From contig JAPMXV010000018.1 in the NCBI GenBank assembly GCA_026936335.1, forward strand, positions 217,266 to 281,265: DNA of 64,000 nt. Direction: 5' to 3'. The notes under the pieces are model-generated. The model was not told the origin of the DNA. It did no database searches and saw only the letters and a program-made list of their open reading frames with translations. This stretch comes from Mantamonas sphyraenae STR306 (Eukaryota > Protista > CRuMs). Below are positions 33,074-44,591 of this stretch, in pieces (positions within the stretch are counted from its first letter, which is position 1; each line of letters starts with the position of its first letter). The position numbers and the translations under genes are program-made.

Positions 33074-33187
33074 GTGGGGGATTTGTTGGGTTGGTGGAGG
33101 CGGAGCAGCGGCAGGGAAGCCGTCGTTTGGGGAGGGAGACGGGTGCAGAGGAGGAAGATGGGATGAGAGAGTGGTGGGAGGTACGTG

Positions 33188-33189
<2 letters not shown>

Positions 33190-33234
<45 letters not shown>

Positions 33235-33239
33235 CGCGC
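33190..33239. repeat. Compound (TG)18(CG)6 microsatellite between divergent genes
   Basis: Read directly from the sequence. Confidence 0.95.
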
Positions 33240-33277
33240 TGTGGCAGCAAAAGAGGAGGCAGCGCACCGAAGGGAGG

Positions 33278-35298
33278 ATGCCGCCGCCGCTGACGTGTTC
33301 GGGATTCTGCTGCGAGTCCATCTCGTACAGCGTGGCAATCACGGGCTTGACAGACGGGCTGCACCTCATGAACAGCGTGATTTCTGTGTTTGAGCTCCTG
33401 TGCTTCCTGTTTGTGCTGTTCAAACTGAACGCGTCGTACAGGTCACTGCAGCGGCAGCTGATGCCTGACCACGAGAACGGACAGGTGGACCTGAGCCCGT
33501 ACGACTCGTTGTTGACAGGTCGGCGGACGGCGTTTGTGCATCCATACTTCTTCCACTTTGTGCAGGGGGCGTGTCTGTGGTTCGTGCTGCAGGCACTCTC
33601 GCTGATCCTACCCGAGGGGACATTTGCATCGATCATGGGCCACATCCTGTACATGGGCCATGCATTCATCGACAACTTTGTGATTGTGTTTGCGTTTCAG
33701 AAGCAGGTGAACGCACAGGCGCTGAGCCGGACGCTGAAGGCCTGCTTTGTCTTTGTCGTGCTAAAGGGCGGCTTTATGCTCATCTACACGATCCAGTTCC
33801 AGTGTGCGTGGTGCCCTTTGTTTTTCCCAGCGCCACAGGCAGTTTACTTGTACGCGCTGTTTGCGCTGGCGTACGGGCTGGTGCTGTTGCTTTGCGTGGA
33901 CGGGAAAGTGCGCATCTGGGCAGGCTCCTGGGCGCCGCGACAGTCGATCACGGGCTGGGTGGTCTACCTGATGGTGACCTACTTTGTGGGCACGGTGGGC
34001 GCAGGCGTTGCTGGTTACGGCGTGGACATCGGGTTTTGCATCCTGAGTGGGGCGGTGATTTTGTACACGACCGCCTACGCGTACCTTCTTTACGTGACCA
34101 TTCTGAAGGATAGCGCGCTGATCAACGAGATGACCATGGGGGGTCGAGCAGATGACATGTTGGGGGAGTCGCTGTTGACGGATGGGCGTGTGCAGGTGCA
34201 AGCGAGCGGGATGTCGGGAGACGTGAAGGAAGACGACGTGCAAATGGCACTGCACATCAAACTGCGCCGCAGCCTGGAAAAGAGCAACGTGAACTTTATC
34301 GATCCTGCGCAGATCAAGCTGGTGACACGAATCGGCGTGGGCGGGTTTGGGGAGGTGTTCAAAGGGTCCTGGCGCGGGACACCGGTGGCTGTGAAGAAGC
34401 TGTTTGCGTTTGACCAGGGGACGAAAAAGACTCAGAAAGAGGCCCTGACGGAGTTTTTGAAGGAAGTGCGCACAATGTCGTCGCTCCAGCATCCAAACGT
34501 GGTGCATTTTCTCGGGGTCGTGTTTCAGCCTGACTACCACGCCATGGTGACGGAGTTTTTGTGGACAAGGGGTCGATGTTTGATATTCTACATGCAGGGG
34601 CCACGGGATTGAGCGGAGATGAGGTTGTGGAGGGTGGGGCAGGGGTGCAGAGCAACAGCAGCAGCGAGGAAGAGGCACAAGGCCAAGGGCAGGGGAAGCA
34701 AAGGCAGAAGGGCAAGGGAAGTGTGACAGGGAAGGAGAACAAGATCAGTGGTGACAGCAAGGACGAGCAGCAGAGAGGACTGGAACTGGAGGAGCTGCTT
34801 GGGTACGCGGTGGATATTGCGCGCGGGATGGCGTACCTGCACGCACACAACCCGCCTATCATCCACCGCGACCTGAAGTCGCACAACCTGCTGCTGGACG
34901 CCAACGGGAACATCAAGGTGTGCGACTTTGGATTGGCGAAAGTGAAGCTGCAGACGGCAAACCACACGCGCATTGGAACAGTGCAGTGGGCGGCGCCGGA
35001 GATCCTTCGGGAGGAGGAGTACAACGAAAAAGCAGACGTGTACAGCTTTGGGGTGGTGTTGTGGGAGCTTGCGACAGGGAGAATCCCGTATGAGGGGCTG
35101 TCGACCTTCAAGATTGGACACCGGGTGGCGTTCAAAGGGTGCTTTCTGGAAGTTCCGGAATGGCTGGACGAAGAACTGGTGGGCATCATGCGCGATTGCT
35201 GGGAGTTGGATGTGCAGGCGCGGCCGTCGTTTGAGGTGGTTTTGGATCGACTGCAAAGGAAGCGCGGCCTGCTGCGCTTCGCCAAACAAACGAATTGA
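33278..35298 (+). CDS. Multi-pass (about 7 TM) membrane protein fused to a TKL-family kinase; one apparent frameshift at the T5 run 34556-34560
   Basis: Hydrophobic helices, then IGVGGFGEVFKGSWRGTPVAVKKL; continues in the other frame as HRDLKSHNLL, KVCDFGLA, GTVQWAAPE, DVYSFGVVLWEL. Confidence 0.88.
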
Positions 35299-35305
35299 AA
35301 CGAGC

Positions 35306-36063
35306 ATGGGACTGGTGAGTGGGCAATGAAGATGGAACGAGAGCGTGTGACTTTGGTTTGGGCATGACGGGTAGGCATGTGAGAGCTTTGACTGACGCAT
35401 TCCGGGGGCAGTCGCGTGGAAAGACAATTGTGCTTGTGCTGAGCACGCTTTTGGGGGTGTGGGCTGCGCTGGTGAGCGGAGCCGTGGATCTGGGACTGTC
35501 CGAGGAGACCATGGGTCATGTGCAGCTGGTAAGTGGCGTGGGCATGTTTGGGTGTGCAGGGAGTGTGGAGGAACAACGCCGCCGGGAAGACGGGGTTGCG
35601 GCGAGTCCAACAAAGTGACGTCACCAGGCGCCTTTTACAGCTGAGAAGGAGTCGCCACAAGACCCCGTTGGGTGGGATGTGTGACCAAGGGTGCCATACA
35701 TGCATGGGAGCGTGTGACGGAAGGTCGTAGGGATATGGATGGGCCAGCACAGAGGAGCAGGCGGCGGTGCAATTGGTCGCATGGGGTTGCTTGGCCGCAC
35801 AGCCATTTCCAGTGGAGAGTACAGGGCACACAGCTGACACGCGGGCGGGTTGGGCACATGTACACCGGAATATGTGTGGCTGTGTTGTGTGTGTGTTTGC
35901 ACAGAGCCCTGCGTATGCAATTGTGGCGTACGGGTTGTACGGGTTGTCTCTGGTGCTGTACGGGGTGGCGACGTTCAACGATGTGCCCAAGGCTCACGCA
36001 GAGCTGCTGCAGGACATCCAGCGTGCTCACAAAGGACTGGAGGAGAAGGGGATGCGCTGGTGA
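35306..36063 (+). CDS. DPM3: Dolichol-phosphate mannosyltransferase subunit 3; 2 introns
   Basis: MGL, intron 35315-35411, SRGKTIVLVLSTLLGVWAAL, intron 35529-35904, SPAYAIVAYGLYGLSLVLYGVATFNDVPKAHAELLQDIQRA. Confidence 0.85.
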
Positions 36064-36145
36064 TGGAGCAGGGGCAGAATATCGAATACAAGGATTTTCA
36101 TTTTGGGCGAGGGAATGGCTGGGGCGTGGAGTGCGGCGTGCAGTC

Positions 36146-37150
36146 TCACCAACCCATCGCCGAGTTGACGTGGCGTTGCAGAGCCTCAAACACAGTGAAT
36201 GTGCCGACGGTGTGAGGGGCGAGGCGGGCGTAGTGGGAAACAAAGCCGGACATGAGACCTCGGCGGATGCCGTCAATGCGGTATGTCTTGACGAGGCAAT
36301 CGATGGGGCCCTTGTAGAGGGCGTTGCGGCCCTTTTCGTTGTACATACGGGAAGAGACGACGTCGAACGGGTTCATGGCGGTGGTGACGGCGAGGCCGGC
36401 AACAAGCGAAGCAAGGAAGTGAGTGTAGATGTTGTCTTCGAGAGCAGGAACGTGGGTGAGAAGGGTCTGTTTGATCTGGTCGTAGGTGGAGAGTTGGACG
36501 GCGGAGCCGACGGCGACACGGAGGGAGGCAGCCTGCCAACCGCGGTAGAGTCCGGAGAAGCCTTCGGCCTGGACCACAGAGCGGAAGCCGTCGGTCATGG
36601 AGGAGTAAAGGTGCTGGTGCTGGCCGATGCTGACTGCAGAGCTCTGGGCCTGGAGGCGGACCTTGATCATAAAGAAGGGGCTTGCAACACCCGCGCCGAG
36701 GGCGCCGGCAATTGCACCTGCGGCAAGGCCCTTGATTAGGAAGAAGGGGTCATCCTTTGCAGAAATGCCCATGGTGTCCTTGAGGGCGTTGTAGGTGCCG
36801 AGACGGACGCCGTTCATGACAAACTGGTACCACATGGCTGGGACAAGGCCGCTTTGAATGCCTGCAAGGCCCTCTTCACGCAGGATGCGTCCAAAGGCCT
36901 GAAAGACGCCCGTGTATGCACGCTGGGCATTGGCGCCGGTGAGTTCGTTCTGCAGCTGAAAGCGGGTTTTCACGGTCTCGATGGGGTTTGTGCCGATGCA
37001 GACAAAGGCTGTGGCGCCTCCGCCGAGTGCGTAGTTGACCCAGAGGGGCTTGGTGGAGGGGGGAGGAGTGGATGCATTGTTTTCCGCAGGGGCCCATGCG
37101 ACCACGGGTGCGGAGATTGGGGTGGGTTGCAGGGCAGAGCGAGCAAACAT
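36146..37150 (-). CDS. Mitochondrial carrier, OAC1/SLC25A34-35 type
   Basis: TNPIETVKTRFQLQNEL, YQFVMNGVRLGTY, SPFFMIKVRLQ, VGSAVQLSTYD, MNPFDVVSSRMYN, RLAPHT. Confidence 0.9.
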   Translation of the reverse strand: MFARSALQPTPISAPVVAWAPAENNASTPPPSTKPLWVNYALGGGATAFVCIGTNPIETVKTRFQLQNELTGANAQRAYTGVFQAFGRILREEGLAGIQSGLVPAMWYQFVMNGVRLGTYNALKDTMGISAKDDPFFLIKGLAAGAIAGALGAGVASPFFMIKVRLQAQSSAVSIGQHQHLYSSMTDGFRSVVQAEGFSGLYRGWQAASLRVAVGSAVQLSTYDQIKQTLLTHVPALEDNIYTHFLASLVAGLAVTTAMNPFDVVSSRMYNEKGRNALYKGPIDCLVKTYRIDGIRRGLMSGFVSHYARLAPHTVGTFTVFEALQRHVNSAMGW

Positions 37151-37349
37151 GGCGTTGTCCTGGGTGTGCGGGCGAGGGCGGGGTGACAAGCACGCGGACG
37201 CGGATGCTGTTGCTGCCCAAAACAGGCCTGGGATGAAGGGGAGGGGAATTGAAGATGAGGGAAAGACAAGGATTGGTTGATTGTGGAGGGGAGAGATGGA
37301 TGGCGCGGTGCGCAGCGCGCTGTGAGACACACGAATCGCAGGCGCCAAG

Positions 37350-38159
37350 ATGCTGAATGAGGGAGGCGAGGGGGCTGCGTCGCCCGTGTCGTTTGGTGAC
37401 GAGGAATTGCGGCAGATGATGTCGCCTCGGAGAGGGAGTGGCACAGGCGACGGGATGGGAAAGAAGAAGAAGCGTGCAAAGAAGGCGCCGCAAAAGGTAA
37501 GGGGCAGAGGATGAGATGGTGTTGCCACGGTGGACTGACAAAGGTAGTTTGGGTGGGTGACGGTGGGGGGACAGGTGAAGCTGTTTACGTGGATTGTGAG
37601 CCGTGTGTGGGCTGTGCTGGCGAGGTTGTTTGTTCGGTACGCGCCGGAGCCCGTGCAGGCGGCGGTGGAGAGGGTCAAGAAGGCATACCGAGCGAGAGTG
37701 GAAAGGCTGATCCTGTTGAGGTGGCAACGGTGGGTGTTTGTGGGCGTGCTTGTGCTGGTGTACGTGTGGCGGACGCAACAAGCAAAGCGCGGGTTTCACG
37801 TCGTGACGTACATGCTGGCGATCTATCTGCTGTCGCTGCTGACGGAAATCATCACTCCGTTGGCAGACATGGACGATGAGCGAGCGGATGGACGGCTGCC
37901 GACGCACGGGGACGACGAGGAGTGGAGGCCGTTTGTGGGCAGGCTGTCTGAATTTGAGGCATGGCACAACACGACGCGTGCGTTGCTGGGCTCTCTGTTG
38001 ATCACATGCTTTCCTGCACTGGACGTGGATGTGTTTTGGCCGCTGCTGCTGGTGTTTTTCGTCTACATGTTCAGTTCGCAGCTCGCGCAACGGGTGCAGC
38101 ACATGCAGAAGCACAGGTATTCGCCGTTTGAGATTGGAAGGAAAACAAGATACGGTTGA
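37350..38159 (+). CDS. RER1: ER-retrieval receptor RER1-like; 1 intron (37497-37574)
   Basis: GFHVVTYMLAIYLLSLL, LPTHGDDEEWRPFVGRLSEFEAW, DVDVFWPLLLVFF, QHMQKHRYSPFEIGRK. Confidence 0.85.
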
Positions 38160-38179
38160 CGTTTGCATTTCCTGCATCA

Positions 38180-39538
38180 TCACTTTGTCTTTTTGGTCTC
38201 TGTGGCCTGGCTGGCGACGCTCTTTGTGTCGTCGTCGTCGTCGTTATTGTCAGCCTTGAGCTGCTTGCGGAGCTGCTCATTGTCTTCGTCGCTCATGTCG
38301 TCGTTGACCTCGGTGTCAGAGCCAAAGAGGAGGCGGTAGGCCATGCTGAGGAGGATGGAGAACCACCAAAGGAGCAGGGCCTGGAGGATGCCGAGGAAGA
38401 GAAGGAAGCCGAAACGTGTGTAGGGACCGTTGTAGAGGCCGTTTGCCGGATCCCACTGGATGGGCACAAGCTCGGGCATGTCAAAGTAGATGGACTTGAG
38501 GATGAAAAAGTAGACGACGTGGCGGGTGGCAAACCAGGTGATGCCCCAGACGACAAAGCCAAAGGTGGTGAGCGACTCCAAGTTGGCGTACTTGAGGAGC
38601 TTGATGAGGTAGAAGATCATATCGCCGATGTCCTGTTCGACGAGAACAATGGCACCGCATCGGGAGAAGCTGTGTGGACAGGGTGTGAGGAGGGGCAGCG
38701 CGGGGGGCGGATGGTTGGGGCAAGACTTACTTCATGAGGAAAGAAGAGGCAATGAGAGTGATGGTGACCATGTGATGGGCAAGCATCTGTGCGAAATCCT
38801 TGCGCCTGCGCTCGATAAAGAGGACAAAGACGCAGTGGATCCAAAAGGCAAGCTGGACCATGTACATGAGCTTGAGGGAGGCTTCGAGGGGAAGGTGCGG
38901 GTAGCCAATCCACATGTGGGTAAAGTCGGAAAAGTAGTCTTTCTGCAGGGGTGGGGAGGGGTGGGGAGGGTGAGAACGGGTGGGTCGGCAAACGAGGGGC
39001 GTGGAGAAGGGGCAGGGTGGCCAGGCGGACCGGTGACGACCGAGACAAAAACGCACGTCGTAGGTGATGTAGAACTCAAAGGGCCACATGCAGAGGAAGT
39101 AGAGGAAGTACCAGCCGCTCTCGCCAAACTTGGTGACGGTGACCTGGTCCTTGATGTTGAGGGCGCGGGCAAGGGGCTTTGAAGATAAAGGAAAAGCAGC
39201 GCAGGAGAGGGGGTCAGAATTTGGCGCGCTCTGGACAATTTCTGCAAACGGGCCAGACGTCAAGTGCAGTGGGAGATTGGCTCGGGAAACGGAAGGGTGG
39301 GAGGGGAAGGGCCACACACCTGGAGCAGAAAGTGCTGAGTGAGGTAGCGAGCGAGCGTAAGGGCGAAAATGAGGGTGATGGCAAGGTGAAAGTCGGCCAT
39401 GCCGTTCATGTACTTTCCCTCGGCGACCTGGTAGGAGAGGGAGACCCAGGAGCTGTTTCCCTCTTGCTGGCTGTAGGCGTAGATGGCCACGAGGACAGCG
39501 GCGCAGGCGTGCGGATGGTATTGCTCGACAATGCCCAT
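38180..39538 (-). CDS. Ceramide synthase (LAG1/TLC domain); several introns
   Basis: KFGESGWYFLYF, YMVQLAFWIH, ERRRKDFAQMLAHHMVTITLI, FEQDIGDMIFYLIKLLKY, WFATRH, LQALLLWWFSILL. Confidence 0.88.
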
Positions 39539-39769
39539 GGGTGCAGTGGTGTTTTTGGTGGCTGCGTGTGGGCAGGCGTGTCAGGGGTGGAGGTGGAAGT
39601 TTGAGAGGGAAGGAAGGGGGGAGGGAGGAGGGGGCGGCGGCGGGAGCGGGGGTTCAGACAGCTGTGGGGTGCAAGGGTTAGAGTTGCGGACCAAGAGAGA
39701 GAAGGTGTTCGGCGCCGACACCCGCGGACACGGGCAAGTCTTTTCCCTTTTTTCCGCAAAGCAGAGAGC

Positions 39770-42408
39770 ATGAACTTCCGGTCGTCGACTCGTCGCAAGA
39801 GCAGCACGACGGGAAGCAACAACACGCAATACTTTCAGATTGGCGACCACCAGGTGCGGCGTCGTCCGTACAGCGAGCACCGGATCTCGTTCCAGAACGA
39901 GATCTATGGCGTGGAGGTGCTGGGCGAAGGCGGCTTCAGCGTGTAGGTTGACAGTGTGTGGCCGGAAGATGGATAGACGTAGGCAGTGGGCGAGTGAGGG
40001 GAAGGAGGGAAACGCGCGTGTGCTCGAGGGCGGAAAGGGGCGTTTTCGGTGAGCGGCGAGAGTGAGCGAATTCCACGTCAGACTGACACGCAGACGGGCC
40101 GCTGTACAGAGTGGTGCCGGCAGTGAACCGCACCACAGGCCAGCACGTGGCCATCAAAGTGTGCGACAAACAAAAATGCGACAAGTACCTGGACACAGAG
40201 GTGGGTTGGTGACGTGGGGAGTGGGCGGAGTGAGCGAAGAAGGCGACGGTGTATTTTTCTGGTGGGCTCTCGGGAGAGGTTTTGCAGGCGCTGACGTGGA
40301 CGGGCACACACACGATGGGACGCGATGCACACGTTTTGGGTACAGATTGCAATCATGAACCGGCTGCACCACGAGAACATTGTGGAGCTGTTGAGTGTGG
40401 ACCAGGACGACCAGAACATTTTCATCACACTGGAATACGTCGGCGGAGGCACGATGCACAAGTACATCAGTGAGTTTGTCAGGCGGGATGGGACGAGAGA
40501 GCGGGGCGCAAACGTGGGGGATTACCACGCATTGTGTGGAGGGGAGGGTGAATGCAGAGAATGGTGTTGTTTGAGAGGACAGGTGCATGGGAGGAGGGGG
40601 CGGGAGAAAAGGGCGCGCGGCGGCGGCAGGTCGCACTTTCGCGGAAACCATGCTTGGTTCTCGAGAAGAAGGCAAGCAGGGCTGCGCAGCGAGGAAAGAC
40701 GGACGCCGCAAGACGCATGAGGGCATGTGCATGCGTGGGATGGAGAGACGTGAGTGCATGTTTGTGGAGGAAGCAGCGTGTGGAGACAGGGGCAGCGGGC
40801 ACAAAGGAGAGGTGGTGGGAAACGGGCACGTGTGGAAAACGGCTGGGTTTGGGTCTTTTTGGCGTGGACGGCCACAGCGGGCAATCGGGTGACGGGATGG
40901 ACACTTACACAGTCGGCCCACATGCACACATGACACTTGCACGCACAGACTCGTACCGCGTGTCGAACCAGTATCTGGAACGTGACCAACTGCGCGGGTT
41001 CTTCCGGCAGCTGATTGCCGGGATTGAACATTGCCACCAGAACGGAGTGGCACACCGCGACCTGAAGCTGGCAAACATCCTGTTGACAGAAGACCAGGAG
41101 ACGATCAAGCTGTGCGACTTTGGCCTGAGCAGCGTGGACGTGGACACCGTAAAGGGCATGCGCGGCACGAGGCACTTTATGGCACCCGAGGTGTTTATGA
41201 GCAAGCGCAACGGATCGAGGTACAGCCCGTACGCATGCGACGTGTGGGCCGCAGGCGTGATCCTGTTCCTGATGGCGGCACGTGACTATCCTTTCCACCC
41301 GAACATTGTGGACTCGCCGCACTGGACGCAGATCTCGCAAGGGTACGGCGTGGAGCTGCCGCAAGAGCTGACGGACCTGTACGGCATGGAGCTGACAGAC
41401 ATGCTGAACGGCCTGTGGCGCCCGGACCCGGAGGACCGTTTCACGCTGGACGAGATCAAGGCGCACCCGTTCCTGACGATGGAGTCGGGAGACGGCGAGG
41501 AGGTGGAGGTGCAGACGATGATGGGCGCGGACGACCAGGGAGGATACGCGTCACCAAGCTCCATCGACGCAGACGCAAGTGTGAGCGTGAGCGCTGTGAG
41601 CATCAGCGAAGCAGACCTGCAGAGCGTGGACGAGGGAGCGGGCAACGACAACGAGATGGTCACCGAGTCTGCGCAACGTCGCAGCAGCAACGGCAACACC
41701 AACAACAACAACAACGGGGACAACAACGGGAACAACAACGGGAACAACAACTACGCAGGGGACAACAACGACAACTACACATACGACGTGCCCTACGCTT
41801 CCATTGACCCCGGAGGACCTGCCGACTCGTACGTGAACGAGGAGATGAGCACGGTGGAGGAGCACATCAGCTTGGTGGACGAGGACGAGGACGCCGTGCA
41901 GTTCCGCGGCGCCGAGACGACGACCGAAGGCGAGCTGCCCGTGATCTTGTCGTTCCACGGCAAGGTGGACGACGAGCCGCACCGCACACGCTTCTTCACC
42001 AAGATGGAGGCGACAGAAATCTACCAGGAGGTGCTCAAGGTGCTTACGTACAACAAGAAGTACTCGTTCGAGGTGAAGGAGAACGAGGCGGCGCTGGAAC
42101 TGCTGGTGACCGAAAACAACTCGTCGTGCGGCAAGCCCGGCGTGACGTCGAAGGGACCGGTTGTTGCGGATGAGCTGACCGGCAAGGAGCGACGCAACTT
42201 TGCAGAGGGTGACTACATCTGCGACGACTCGACGTCGTTCACGGTGCGTCTGTACAAGCACGGCGACGACATGGTTGTGGTCGACTTTCAGAAGATGGCA
42301 GGGTGCGAGTTTGGCTTCTCGGACATGTTCTTTGACCTCATGAGCGAGCTGGAGCAGTTCAAGTACTCGCCGCAAGAGGCTGAGCTGCTGAGCACGGACA
42401 GCATGTGA
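39770..42408 (+). CDS. CAMK-group (SNF1/CIPK-like) Ser/Thr kinase; 3 introns
   Basis: Exons give LGEGGFSV-VVPAVNRTTGQHVAIK, EIAIMNRLHHENIVEL, HRDLKLANILL, KLCDFGLS, GTRHFMAPE; KA1/NAF-like C-terminus (RTRFFTK..VVDFQKMAG). Confidence 0.88.
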
Positions 42409-42467
42409 GGTGGAAGAGAGAAGAAAATGGAATGATTGTTGGAATTGCGAGCACGGATCCTTTGTCA

Positions 42468-44520
42468 TCACCTGGCCTTGATGAAGAGGAGGTTGCCACT
42501 CTCGATGCCTGCGTCATGGAGGGTCTGGTCTGCGTTTGTGTAGACACGGTTGGGGAAGCGTGTTTGGAGATGGAACGGGGCGGCGTCCTGGCCGCGTTGC
42601 TCTGTGATCATGGTCTCGAGCTCGCCAATGGTTTGGGTTGGCATGAGAGTGATTGTGTAGACGCAGGAAAGATCCTCGCTCTTGACCTGAATGCGCAGCT
42701 TGGCGGCCTCCTCCACTGCCTCGCTCGCGCTCTCGCTCTCGAGAGAGACGAGCTGCTGCTGCGGAGCCTCTGGGTTGAGGCGTGCACCGACGTCTTGGCG
42801 CACGTTGATGACCTCCCCGTTGCGGATGACGCGTTCGGGCAGCTTGCTGAGAAACTGGTCGCGGTCGAGCGGCGGGGCGTTGCTGGAGTGCATGTTGTCG
42901 AGGTTGTGGACCTTGAGCATGGGTGTGGAGGTGCCCAGCTTGTGGCCCTGGCCGGTGAAGCTGCGGTTTCCTGCAGAGCTGGCGTAGTCGCGGGTGGAGC
43001 AGTCCTCGACCTCGAGGGGCACGCCGTCGGGGTACTTGTCCTTGAACTCGTAAGGGAAGTAGCCGTCCTCGAGGTCGCTTACAAACGCACGTGCATCCTT
43101 GCTGTCAAAGGAGCGAAAGGCGCTTCCGTCGACGACAATGCCGTTGCGGTAAAGGGAGATGTGAACGGACGGGAGCTTGCGCATGGCCTTGCGGCCGCCT
43201 GGAGACTGCACGATCTCGACCTGATCTCCGGCAATCATGTTGAGCTCCTGCACGTTCTTCATGAGTTTGTACACGTCATAATCAAAGTTTGTGGCTGCGT
43301 TCTGCTGCTGCTGCTGCTGCTGCTGCTGTTGTTGTTGTTGTTGTTCCTGTTGCAACGCCTCTTCCAAGGCCACCTCGGCGTCGTCCTTCTCGGCGGATTC
43401 GGCTCCGCCGTTGTTGGAGCCTACCCACACCATGCCATAGTCACTGAGAAACTGTTCCATGTCCTGGACCTGTGCGCGGAGGCGCTCGTTTTCCCTGCGC
43501 AGGCCGTCTTCGGCGCCGGCCGCAGAGGCGTCGAGCTGGGACTGAAGACCATCGCGTTCCCTGCGCAGTTGGTCCAACATGCGGTCTTTGCGCAGGATCT
43601 CTCTGTTCTGCACCTTGAGCATGCGTTCCATCTGGGTGAGGCGAGAAGCCATGGAGCCGAGGAGATCCTCCTCAAAGGCCATCTTGTTCTTGTTGCTCTT
43701 GGAGGAGGAGGAGGAGGAGGCGGAGGAGGACTTTGGCCTCTTGGACTTTGTAGAGGTGGAGGCGGAGGCTCGGACAACGACAGGCTTCTCGTCTGAGCGG
43801 AGGTCGGAGCGGCGCGGGCCGCTGATCTGGCGGGAGACTTGCTTGTCGCTTGTCTGTGTGTCCAGGTCTGCGTCTGCAGAGCTGTCGTTGGACGCGAGGA
43901 GGGATCTGCGTGTGACGGAGGCGCCTGCGGCGACAGCCTGCTCTGTGCGGAGCTCGGCGCGTTTCGGGGCGGGATTCTGGGCGAGCAGGCGCTGGACTTT
44001 GGAGTTGGGGCTTTCGAGGACAGAGGTGAGGCCGGGCTGATTGTTGACGGCATGGCGAGAAGGGAGGACGTCGTTGAAGAGTTCACGCTCGTAGGCGTCG
44101 GAAAAGTCGCTGTCTGTGGAGGCAGCCGCGTCGGCGACGGCCTTTTTGTCCGCGGCCGAGGGAGCCATGGGAGGGTTCTGCCACAGCTTGGAGGCAACCT
44201 CGCGCTCCATCCCCTCGCTGTTGTCCCGGGTGAGTTTGTCTACCTTGTGCTGAAACTCTGTGAGGCGGTGATGAGGCGTGGGTGGGGTTAGTCGCGGAAA
44301 ATCCGCGCCAAAAGCCGTTTCCTGCACTGATCTCGGCACGGACCTGTTTCACGGCGAAACTGTGCACTGTCGGCAAACAGTGGGGCGGGGGAGGTTGGAG
44401 GAGTGAGTGGATGCGTGTGTGCGTGTGATGGGCAGAGGCGCGGATGGGACGGGCACGTACCGAGGCACTCGTTTTGCGTGTTTGGAAGGCAACCTCAAAC
44501 TCATCGGCTTGTGTGCGCAT
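42468..44520 (-). CDS. UBXN11: UBX domain protein 11-like (coiled coil + SEP + UBX); 5' exons inferred
   Basis: VQDMEQFLSDYGMVWVG, ISLYRNGIVVDGSAFRSF, DLEDGYFPYEFKDKYPDGVP, FLSKLPERVIRNGEVINVR, UBX FHLQTRFPNRVY. Exons 44520-44461 and 44359-44344 splice in frame. Confidence 0.85.
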
Positions 44521-44591
44521 GGGCAGGCACCTGAACACAGACCGCACTCACAGCCACACGCGCACACGCAACCACGGACGTCAATTGCATC

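Noticed and set aside
41690-41775. AAC-rich repeat and other trinucleotide runs (11270-11320, 11376-11425, 43302-43345) as CRISPR-like or satellite arrays
   Set aside because: They are coding homopolymeric amino-acid tracts (poly-N, D/E, S, Q) with no repeat-spacer structure.
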